64,000 nucleotides of DNA, from assembly GCA_010909165.1 (NCBI GenBank), contig MU008176.1, positions 1 to 64,000 of the forward strand. Direction: 5' to 3'. Positions 52,122 to 62,150 of the stretch are shown here, piece by piece. The stretch is from Anthoceros angustus (Eukaryota > Plantae > Anthocerotophyta). How positions within the stretch are numbered: the first letter of the stretch is position 1; every line of letters begins with the position of its first letter. The notes under the pieces are model-generated. The model made no database searches. It saw only the letters and a list, made by a program, of their open reading frames with translations, and was not told where the DNA came from. Position numbers and translations under genes: made by a program.

Positions 52122-53045
52122 GGGATTCACCTCATGGAGCTATGCTCCGGCATCAGCAGCGGGCTTGAAGCCGTGTTGAAAAGTGGGTTGCGGGTGAGAA
52201 AATACACGTGTGTTGAGTTGGATGAGAAGGCACGTGCGGTGGCCAGATCAAGGATCGTTAGACTGCAAAGGAAGTATGCTGGATTGATAAGCATCGAAGC
52301 AATCAAGGGTTGTCAAAGCAGATTGCCTCCGGACATCATGTTGGTAGGGAAACGACAGCTTGAGGCAATCAGGTGTACTGTAGACATGCTAATCGCAGGA
52401 TGGGAGTGCCAGACATTTTCCAGAGCCGGTCGCGGTTATGGTAACGGTGTAGAGATGGCCGCGGAAGTGATCCGAATCCTAAGGGAAGTACAGTTGATCA
52501 ATCCAGATTGCTGGTACATTTTGGAGAATGTGTGTGGAGCGTTTGATAGGCGTGAGAACGTCAGAAAGGACTATGAGCGGCTCAGGAGATGGTTGGGTGA
52601 AGGATTCATCATCAATGCAGCACAGACTGGGTCGTATGCTCACCGAGTATGAAGTTTTTGGACAAACGTGGCCGGAGTGGAAGTCCTTAAGCAGCATCGA
52701 GCATTGACAGTGCCAGTAGAATAGTGTGTGGATGAAATTCTGGAGGCAGGTCGATGCTCACAGCCAGTGCACAGAAAGGATAGACCGCCACACTTTCCAG
52801 TCAACACGGTGGGTACTACAAGAAAGGCGTGACCCACACTGGTAAGGACTGCACAATCATACGCGTTTCAGAGAGGCGGAGATGGCATGGTATTGGATAT
52901 GAATGGAAATGAAATCGGGAGCCCATGATAAGGGAACGAACGAGCTATGGATTCAGCGGTACCTTCACGCACGGTGTCTCCGAAGCATACCGGTGCAAGC
53001 TGGTGGGACAGGCATTTGATCTCACCTGCTTGCAATGGCTATTAA
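52122..53045 (+). pseudogene. C5-cytosine DNA methyltransferase domain inside pol
   Basis: Motif I LMELCSGISSG (52131-52163), II CVELD, IV MLIAGWECQTFSRAG (Cys 52407-52409), VI YILENV (ENV 52524-52532), VIII AQTGSYAHRV*SFWTN, TRD ..PTLVRTAQSYAF, IX P.IRER..AMGF, X KLVGQAFDLTCL. In-frame stops at 52650, 52722 and 52830, and frameshifts near 52920-52950. Confidence 0.9.
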
Positions 53046-53299
53046 TCAGGGGCATGGCCACCCATGGCCGGGATAGCGTCTTTGCAACGATTGTCAAGAC
53101 GACGCTTTCGAAGCAAAGCAAGGAGCTGCGCATGAGTGCCGCAAGTAGACGCCATCACGGGACAGAAATAATCTAAGGGAAACGCATGAGTGGCGGTGAC
53201 GGTGAAGAATCGGAGGAGGTCGATCGAAAAGATTCGAACATGTTGCAACGACAACCGGCTTTTGATTCACCGAATGAGCCGGGCGATATGACAAAGTAA

Positions 53300-54075
53300 A
53301 GTTCAAGATCACCACCACCACCAATGAGCTCATATTCCGATGGAGGCATAAGTTGAGTCCCATGGAATGGGAGATTGTGGATAAACGATGCAAGGAGTTG
53401 GCAGCGGCTGGGTTGATCACGAAGTCAACTTCTCAATACGCTGTTGCCATGGTGTTACCATTGAAGAAGGACGAAAATGGTGAATGGAAGGACAGGCGGA
53501 TGTGCGGGGACTATCGTGCACTGAACGAAGTCACGCCCATGGAACGGTACCCCATGCCCACTCCTGATGAAATTTTTGATGCCATAGGGCGGGCCAAGTA
53601 TTTCACCACATTGGACTTTCGATCCGGATTCAACCAGATTGTCATTGAGGAAGGAGACAAGTGCAAGACAGCGTTCTGGGGTAAGGATCAGCTTTGGGAG
53701 TGGGAAACGATGCCGTTTGGCTTGAAGAACGCATCTATATATTTTCAGCGGGTGGCTGACTTAGAACTGCAAGGACTGCCATTCGTGAGGTGCTATATAG
53801 ACGATATCCTGGTGTTTAGTAATACATTGGAGGAGCATCTTGAACACCTGGAAGTCCTGCTGCAGAGACTGGCCAAATCGGGGCTGAAAGCACACCCAAG
53901 AAAATGCAAGTTCGCCTATAAAGAGATAGAATATTTGGGACATAAGATTGTTCCAGGTGGGGTGCTGCCTCAGTTGGCCAAGGTGCAGGCGGTGAACCTC
54001 ATGCCCAGACCCAAAGATGTAGCCACCTTGAGGGCCTTCCTAGGGCTTGTCAACTACTATCACGTTTCAATGTAA
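53300..54075 (+). pseudogene. Ty3/gypsy reverse transcriptase
   Basis: RRMCGDYRALN..YPMP..FTTLDFRSGFNQI..KTAFW..WETMPFGLKNA..FQR..CYIDDILVFS..KCKF..EYLGH..LRAFLGLVNYY. Confidence 0.97.
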
Positions 54076-54099
54076 ACATGAGTGGAACTCGCAGCGCCG

Positions 54100-55424
54100 T
54101 ATGAACCGCTCAAGAAAGGTGCACGGCAAAGGGTCGCAGGAACAAGCATGGCAAGAGCTAAAGGACCAGTTGACGGAGAGGCCAATTCTCAGAAGGCCCA
54201 ACTTTGATAAACCCTTCATCTTACATACGGACTGGAGTACCGGATTGGAGCAAAGGCACAACAGATGAAGAGGGGAAGGAGCGAGTTGTCGCATACGCAA
54301 GCAGGTCCAATAATGCAGCAGAAGCAATTTATTTATCTTATGAAGGCGAATGCTTAGCAAGGCATGGTGTTGCATTTCGAGTAGTATTTGGCCTCGAAGC
54401 TTTTGTTATGACCACGCCACCACATCGCTAATGACGAACATGAAATTAAGCGGAAAGCTTGCTAGATGGGCGCTTTTGCTTTCAGAATATGATATGCAAA
54501 TCGTGCACCGAGCAGGCAAGGTGCATCTTAATGCTGATGGGCTCAGCAGGAACCCGGTGTGCAACGAGGGAGACATGACAGAAGCAAGACATGACTTGGG
54601 ACTCACCCAGAATCTGCCCAGCTTGTATATGGCACTAATGTCCATTGAAGAAAAAGATGAAGGACAACTGGCTGAAGGAGGACGAGACATATGGAAAAAC
54701 AAGCAAGCCATACAGCTGCTGCAACAGGGGCATGTGGCTGGTTTGGACACAGCTGCGCTTAGAAGGCTACAGCAAAGAATAAGCCGATATAGTTACACAG
54801 GCGGCAAGGTATTTGTGAACAATCGTGGGATTCTCAAAGAAGTGCCACCATTGGAGGACAGGAAGCAGCTGGTGACCAAGGTGCATAAGACGCTCGGTCA
54901 CTTTGGTATCAAACGAACGCATCATATGCTCAAGAATGCATACTCGTCGTATGTATCGACGTTGAAAAGGTAGTTATGCGCTGGTCAGATGCGAAAAGCC
55001 GATTTATGCCCAAGATGTGATGCTGCACTCACTGCCTATCAGAGGGCTTTTCTTCAGATGGTCCGTGGACTTGATGCCTGAGCTGCCAGTTACCAGACAG
55101 GGCAATCGACATTGCATGCTAATGATAGAACACTTCTCGAAGTGGGTGGAGTCAGCCTTCCTTCCGGTCAGAAGCTCACAGTACACTGCTCTAGCATTTT
55201 TGCAATGTGTCCTTAGTAGATATGGGAGTTGTGCCGAAGTGTTGACAGATCAAGGTAATGAATTCAGAGTTTTCATTGACCGTTTAGCCCCGATTGATCA
55301 CAAAGTGACACGAGACCATCCACAAGCAGATGGGTTAGCGGAACAGTTGGTTCAGACCTTCAAGGATTCGCTTCGCAAGTACTGTACCGAAATTGAGCCT
55401 CGAATCCCGGTAGGGACATTATAA
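54100..55424 (+). pseudogene. RNase H and integrase, integrase C-terminally truncated
   Basis: PFILHTDWS, VVAYASRS..YEGECLA, KLARWALLLSEYD..HRAGKVHLNADGLSR, HKTLGHFGIKRT, RWSVDL..IEHFSKWVE..VLTDQGNEF..HPQADGLAE. Confidence 0.93.
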
Positions 55425-56359
55425 ACGCCGCCATCTTGTACAAACAACTTAACGTCTACCACTTTTTCCCATTGCGTTTGGGTTTATTCTAAACACCGAA
55501 CATAATGACTTTCCCTGTTACTTGCCTGCACTGCAGACATTAGGAACTTAACAACGTTTTTATGAAGAATGGTTTTATATGGTCGGTGACTGTAATGCCT
55601 GAAACGGCCTCCATGGAAGGCTAAGACGTTCCAACCTATCGAATGCTGGAAGGAACCTTGCCTTCTTTCATTTCCTCCACCACCGTCCAACCTCGAAAGA
55701 CGCCCAACAAAATGCTTCGCGCCACTCACTGCATAGACGACGCCGATGTCACCAGAGTGCTTACTAACGCCGCCATCGATGCGTTCGTGCACATGTTCTC
55801 ATTCCCCTGCTTGATTGTGCATACATCATGGATGGTGAGGTTCAATCCCAATATGAAAGAGAACTTCCTGAAGTGCAACGGACGAGGAGAAGAGCAGACT
55901 TGAACGCCCACCGGGCGCGCCAGACAGCCACATAGATATCATCAGCCTCCCACGAGGCACGGGCGGCCAAGGTGTGCTTACTCACTTGCATTCTCATGGA
56001 GGTTGGATTTGTGAATTTAATCATCGATCAGAAGTCTATGGCATACCCGCACTGACATCGACCGCCGACATCGCCGGCCATCGGCCTCCCTACCATTCCG
56101 AGGTGCCTGCCACGGACATCAAGAAATCTTAACCCAGATGCCACCTGAGGGATCCCCATGCAAACAACGAGTGAGCAAGCGCGCAAGAAACCAAGCCACT
56201 CACAAAGTTGCTCAATGCGAGGCTTGTTCACCGCGGTGGAGTCCTAAGATGCACCATCGCACGATCAAGAATGCGGCAATACGAATGAGGAGGCGACGAT
56301 TTTAGCACTTCAAGATCGGCGACCGCCATCTTATCACCCCAAACCAAAGGAGTGAGACT

Positions 56360-57991
56360 TTGTCCGCATACTACGAGTCGTGCCAAAAGAGGCGAAGTGG
56401 AGTCCCAATGAGGAAATGTGAAGTGGAAAGCATCAACATTGATTTCGAAAAGGCATGTTGCAATCAGATGTGTCTCTACAGATTGACAAAAGAAAGGTTT
56501 CGTGAACAACGGTATTGCTCTTTACGGATGGGGAGGCAGGAGCAAGAAACATTTTTGGAATCCCTGATACAGGTTGTACGACAAGAGCAGGGTAACGCCA
56601 AAGTTATTACTCATCTGGGCCGGATCCTTCCGGCGTCGCTATGCGCCTTCGTAAGAGTGTATTGCCTACCACAGTATGAAGAGTTGAAGAGTAGAGTCAT
56701 CAATGCACTGTGATGCCATGAGGTCAATCCAAAATGCAGCCTCACCATGCCTTAAGTGCAATAGCCCGGATGGACAATGCTTTCCCGAACAACATGGTAG
56801 AGACTTCCAAATATCGAGGTCTTCAACCTACCCGACACATACACAAAACTAAAAATTTGGGGTGAATATAGGCGGCATTGTGAACAAAGAGGACAGCGGT
56901 ATGTGACTTACGCCTGGTTCTTGAAGCTATGGAAAGGGCACTTCAACAGGGTAAAGATTCCAAAGTCCAACAGATTCTCTACTTGCTCGCTCTGCGCTGG
57001 ATTGAAAACAATTATACGAAATACAATCTCAAAGGTTGATCAAGGTAAGTAACATTCTTTTCCTTATCCCATGTTTTCCAAAGATATCGAGGGTGGTTGA
57101 CCGCGTAGGCCAAACCCTCAATGGCACAGTACTGTGTTATGTCTACTATGTCAATATGCCCCCCCGCTTCCAGTGACAGGTGCCGAGGTGGACGCCGGCT
57201 GACCGGCGCCCACCATACGTCTCTTACCATACGTCCATAGCATTATGTGTGGACGGGTCCCCTGGTCATGAGGGTGCCGGCCGGCCGACGCCCTGCTCGG
57301 GTAACCCATGCATGTGCCTATCACATTGCTTGGGCCCCGCCATGCCGAAGGCCCGTCGGCTATTACCCTGTCGAGCTTGCAGTAATGAGGTCAGGTCCTC
57401 GCGAGCGCCGGCTGGCCGGCGCCCCCAACCACATTACAAGTATTCTTTGCAGACTACGAGGAAGGCGGATATGCTCATCGGTTCGCCCAGGCCTTGTATC
57501 CTGCCTTCCCTGCATTTGGAAATGCCTAACAAATATGTTCCGCCCATTATATCCTTTGTGGTCGATCATAGGGAGAGTGGGGAGGGGTGAGGAAGGTGAA
57601 GTTGGCGTTGTCAATGCCGTAGGCACATCCCGCAGGGTGATGCTGGCAACGTTGATTGCTGGACATCATACTGTGTTTTTAATCTTGGAAGTTGTCAACT
57701 TTAAAGGGACTCAAATACTATGGTGTGAATATGTTATGTGCAGAGAAATATCAAACAGCATTGGACGCCCACCGCAAGTGACTTTTAGCAGAGCGTGCGA
57801 AGATGACAAAACACCGGAGCAAGAGTTATGTGGAACCACATAAGTATATGTTACTATGTATCGATGGCATGGACCAGAAGAAGACAGAGATACCGCACAT
57901 GTTGAGGTGGCCAAAAAACCTAGACGAGGAATGTCGCATTTTCGTTCACGTGGTCGGTTGCATGATCCACAACTATACCCACAAAGCTTGA
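56360..57991 (+). pseudogene. DNA-transposon transposase (DUF7869/Sola-like, family assignment inferred), with intron 57045-57743, C-terminally truncated
   Basis: KACCNQMCL.., then PDTYTKLKIWGEYRRHC..VTYAWFLKLWKGHFNRVKIPKSNRFSTCSLC. The splice CAAG|GTAAGT...GTGCAG|AG keeps the frame into EKYQTALDAHRK*LLAERAKMTKHRSKSYVEPHKYMLLCIDGMDQKKTEIP. Confidence 0.7.
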
Positions 57992-58803
57992 GTCGTTCGT
58001 ATGGGACAAGACAAACATGAACAATGACAGGGGTGGATTTGAGACTGTGGAATACATAACTATCGGTTGGGGTGTGAAGGATGGGAGCAAAAAGGACAGA
58101 ATTGCAATGCTACCAAATGCTATGCAGGGAACTTTCAACAATGGAAGGTCCGTCATTGCTCATGACACAGTTGTCAAAAAACAGGTTTACATGTCACATG
58201 ACAAGTTGGTGGTCTGCCCTTACCAGAGACCACTTGGGTTGATGATGAAACTCATTAAAACCTTCTCCAAAGAGGGAGATTGGGTTCTGGATGCATGCTG
58301 TGGGAGCCGCAGCGTTACTTACAGGAAGGAATTGTATCGCCATCGAGGCTGACTTGAGATGTGCAGGTTATATTTCACAAAGAATTCATGGATTTGAGGT
58401 GCTTCCAGACGTAGTTGAAGAGTTGAATTTTGAAGCTCACCGGAGAGGACTTGCACAGTTCTGAGCAAAGGAGGTTTGCATTAGCGAGAAGGACTCCTTG
58501 AAAGCACAAGTGGTTTCTTTGAGTGCCCGCCGGAATAAGACCAGGACTGGAAATTTGTTGGAGGCTGGCCAACAAACACTAGATAACGCTTGGCAGTCTG
58601 GGGCGGATGTTAATGATGAAGAAACATATGGGAACGAGGACTCGAGGGCTTTGGTTGAAATCGACAATTTCGATGAGGAAGAACTTGAGCGGATACGAAA
58701 CTTGGCTGTAGTTTATGATTCGGTGTCAGCGCAAGCACCGGTTGAGTCACAAGTTAGCCCAGACGTGTTGAGGTTTGTAGCTATGAACTGTTGTATGTGC
58801 TAG
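57990..58803 (+). pseudogene. beta-class N4-cytosine/N6-adenine DNA methyltransferase, C-terminal half, with acidic tail
   Basis: ESFVWDK..EYITIGW, then CPYQRPLGLMMKLIKTFSKEGDWVLDACCGS. After a frameshift at ~58306 it reads AAALLTGRNCIAIEADLRCAGYISQRI. This parallels HPxQKPxxLxxxLIxxxSxxGDxVLDPFxGSGTTxxAAxxxGRxxIGIE. The frame continues through TGA 58462 into the acidic ORF 58498-58803. Confidence 0.8.
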
Positions 58804-59235
58804 TGGTCAATTTTGGCGGAACCTTAAACAGGGATGATCTCCAACTTGCTTGGAGACAGCCGTACCCATACCTAGTTCTTTTGTGTGATTACTAGGCCTT
58901 TTGTCAGTGTGAAAATGGATCAACGTACAAAACGCACTTCCTATGACCACTGAAGGCGCCGGCCGGCCAGCGCCCTTAACCCTTTCTTCCAGTTTTCTTT
59001 TTTCACAAACTGCGCATTCAGCTCTAGGAATCATTGTCCATGGTATGGGACACCTACAAACCCGAAAAAACACGGTTTTTGGAACCATGTGTTATTAGTG
59101 AAGGAGGTTTCGTTCAACCAAAAGGGGGTTCAGAGATTCACCCCCTTCACTGAATAGCATGTTAAGAGCTCCCATGGGAGGAGAACCCGTCTCGGAAGGA
59201 CGAAGAACAGGGATGACTACACCGGAAGGAACCTT

Positions 59236-59314
59236 ACCTACCACTGTAGGTTAGATACCTACCACAGTAGGTGATAGACCTACCATGGTAGGAGAGATAC
59301 CTACTGGTGTAGGT
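59236..59314. repeat. four 21 bp tandem units, each a mini-palindrome ACCTAC-N4-GTAGG(T/A)
   Basis: ACCTAC at 59236, 59257, 59278 and 59299. The + strand frame encodes (E/D)(I/R)PTxVG with one TAG. Confidence 0.85.
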
Positions 59315-60011
59315 CAGCAAGAGGAAGCAGCAAGTGAAGGGGCTGTGAAGGGAAGTGCAATGCCAAGGGAAGCAGCTTGATTCTAAAAAGATTCCCAGCT
59401 TGATTCTTCTTAGAATCAAGCTGAGATTCTTCAACACTTAGTTTTATTAGCACAAGGCTACCATAGTCTTTTGGAAAAAGTAAAATTTTCTATCACCAGA
59501 TTGTCTAAGAAGATCCTCCAGAAAAATACATTAATGTAGTAAATATTACTATGCATTATGATAATATTTACTGCATTATAATATTTACTACAGTGATACA
59601 TATGCAATTGTACAGATAAAAAAATTTGTTGAAAACAGCCTAACCTTTTTATGGGAGCCACTATCCAATGAAAAATGATAGGTCTCATGTGCCAAAATCA
59701 AACGCTCATCCTCTTTGGACAAGAAATAACACTCAAGGCCGTTCTCATCTACAATACCGCATAAAGGCAGCCTGAGCACAATGAAAAATCCCATGAAATA
59801 CGTTGATGACACGTGTAGCAACCCCGAGCCGACATACATTTTCGCATTAGGATGTGGTTGAACCCACGGACAAAAGACATAAACCCAACAGCAATACAAC
59901 AAAACGAGCATGAGGAAACTAGAAGGCTAAAAATCATCTATGAATTTCTAGGCTGAATGTATGAATGAAAATGAAAAAAAATCAAAAATTAAAATTTAAA
60001 ATTATTGGAAC

Positions 60012-60105
60012 AACCAGGTCTATTTATTCAAATTAAAAAATAATTATTTATAACCATTCACAAATAATATGGAATTTGAATAAATCATCATAAATGGACC
60101 TGGTT
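60012..60105. repeat. short imperfect inverted repeat (MITE-like or hairpin)
   Basis: AACCAGGTC (60012-60020) and GACCTGGTT (60097-60105), plus internal ATTTATTCAAATT / AATTTGAATAAAT. Confidence 0.5.
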
Positions 60106-60538
60106 ACGGCTGGCTTACAAATTCAGCCTAGAAAGATGACTGCGAAAGGAAATCCCCACCCAGTTTGCGCATATGGCACAGTCCTTTTCCATTGGCCCGG
60201 ACGCCAGTGCTGCTCGGAAAGCCACAAGACGAGAATCTTGCTTCGTGTGGTGCGAATGCCAGAAAGCACAAATCTTCCTTTCACCACTATGTTGCAACGT
60301 TGCCTGATAGGCTATCGGAGATGAAATTCATTCACGAACACAAGCCTCCTGCTGTTGCTGATGTTTTATCCTGGTTGGATAGGACTCGGAAATCTCGGGG
60401 CCCGGTTTTATCACATCGGGCCCGTATAAAGTGGATGCCCATCCCTTCAAATTGCAGTACACTTGTTGCCTTGTACCCCGGCTCTCCCCCTCCCTTCCAC
60501 TGCCATCCCCGTGTCCGCTCCCTTCGAGCAACGCAGCC

Positions 60539-61431
60539 ATGGCCGCCGCTACAGCGTGCGCATCCAGCGTCGCCCTGGCAGGGCAGAGCGTCTTCAGGCA
60601 GCGCAACGAGATCCTGGAAGCGGCCGGCGCCGGCGAGGCGAGGCTGCAGATGAGGAAATCGGCCGGATCCAGCTCAAGCATTTGGTGGGTTTGCTTCCTC
60701 GGTCTCGGTTTGATAGAAATCTCGTTTTGGGCGATAGTGTGATTGCCAATGCTGACCGGCATTGCTTCCGTCTGTGCAGGTATGGTGCTGACCGCCCTCT
60801 GTGGCTGGGACCCTTTTCTGGCGAGACTCCATCTTACCTGAAGGGAGAGTTCCCAGGCGACTACGGCTGGGACACTGCCGGATTGTCTGCCGATCCCGAG
60901 ACATTCGCCAGGAACCGGGAGCTGGAGGTGATTCATGCTCGGTGGGCGATGCTGGGAACGTTGGGCTGCGTCACCCCCGAGCTTCTGGCCAGGAACGGGG
61001 TCTCCTTCGGCGAGTCCGTTTGGTTCAAGGCTGGGTCTCAGATCTTCGCTGAGGGCGGGCTGGATTATCTGGGGAACCCGAGCCTGGTTCACGCTCAGAG
61101 CATTCTGGCCATCTGGGCTACCCAAGTGATCCTCATGGGAGCTGTGGAGGCTTACCGTGTGGCTGGAGGACCGTTGGGTGAGGTGAGCGATCCCCTGTAC
61201 CCCGGAGGCTCGTTCGACCCCTTGGGTCTGGCCGACGACCCCGACACCTTCGCTGAGCTCAAGGTGAAGGAGCTGAAGAACGGGCGGCTGGCCATGTTCT
61301 CCATGTTCGGCTTCTACGTCCAGGCCATCGTCACTGGAAAGGGCCCCATCGAGAACCTTTCCGATCACTTGGCTGATCCCAGTGTGAACAATGCCTGGGC
61401 ATATGCCACCAACTTCACCCCCGGCGCTTAG
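60539..61431 (+). CDS. Lhcb: major LHCII chlorophyll a/b-binding protein, copy 2; exons 60539-60684 and 60780-61431, 265 aa
   Basis: ATG at 60539. A 95 nt GT-AG intron (60685-60779) splits the Trp codon of SSIW|YG. The rest is nearly identical to copies 1 and 3. Confidence 0.97.
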
Positions 61432-62150
61432 GTGTCGGGCTGTCCTGTTGTTCTCCTGGCTGCCTACCACCAGTATCAGGGCTGCCAGTTGTACATTACG
61501 TGCTCTTTGAATGGAAATCTACTAGATTGTGTTCTGTGCCTTGACGATCATTCTGTGCAACAAGCAAAAACACATACGAGAAGGTGGTCATGTTGCTTTG
61601 TCCTAGTCCTGTCTCGCGCAGACCTTATTGGTGTCACTCTTCGGCTGCATACTGATGAAACTCTTCTTTGACTCGCTATAGTGTAGAGGGCCTACCTTTA
61701 TGTCGGCTACTGGTCCTTGATCCCGAGGCAGTCAGTTGTTTGACTGTCATACATCAGTGAAAGCACGATCATTCAAGGAGGGCGTGATGTGAGGCTTGCA
61801 AAGTGAAGGCTACCTCAATGGAATGTTCCTGAGCAACGTTCTTATGTTGATGAGAACTCCCTTCCCACTACGATTCGTTCAGGCTTGCTGAATGCCATTA
61901 TCCTTCACAAATGTTTCTCCAAATTCAATGCCACAGTGTCTGCTGTGCCAACACATTTTGGAAACCTGTTGAGTTTCCTTCTCCAGAGGTTTCCGAAATG
62001 TGCAAGGGACAGATTTCTGTGACCGCAGACTTGATTTCTGTAACCACTCCTTCGCCCTTTTTGATCGAACGCCCTTTCACATATGGCTTCAAGGCTTGAA
62101 GTGTGCACTACAAGTTTGTCTTCGTGGCCTACCATTTGGACAGCACATGT
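61432..62150 (+). repeat. conserved ~700 bp 3' flank shared by all three Lhcb copies (also 63419-64000 + and ~47098-47812 -)
   Basis: Shared blocks such as GGAATGT(T/G)CCTGA, GCAGCAC(A/G)TTT..GAAACCTCTTGCG, TCGAAGGCCCTGTTACATA and GCTTGAAGTGTGCAC. Confidence 0.85.

Larger units (their letters stand above)
50129..55424 (+). mobile_element. Ty3/gypsy retrotransposon carrying a C5-cytosine DNA methyltransferase (gag-PR-DNMT-RT-RH-INT), pseudogenised, LTRs not identified
   Basis: Collinear domains: gag-like 50129-50860, protease 51450-51720, DNMT 52122-53045, RT 53300-54075, RNase H 54100-54560, integrase 54790-55400. Confidence 0.9.

Noticed and set aside
52122-58803. Methyltransferases as bacterial contamination (restriction-modification genes)
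   Set aside because: The DNMT is collinear inside a eukaryotic gypsy pol, and the amino-methyltransferase adjoins a transposase with a spliceosomal intron. Both lie between plant Lhcb genes. Misassembly cannot be fully excluded without reads.
59236-59314. CRISPR-like look of the palindromic 21 bp units
   Set aside because: The variable parts are only 4-5 nt, there are no cas genes, and the context is eukaryotic.
60463-60779. Odd N-terminus of the 322-aa ORF for Lhcb copy 2
   Set aside because: It is an artefact of reading through a 95 nt intron in another frame. The true start is 60539.
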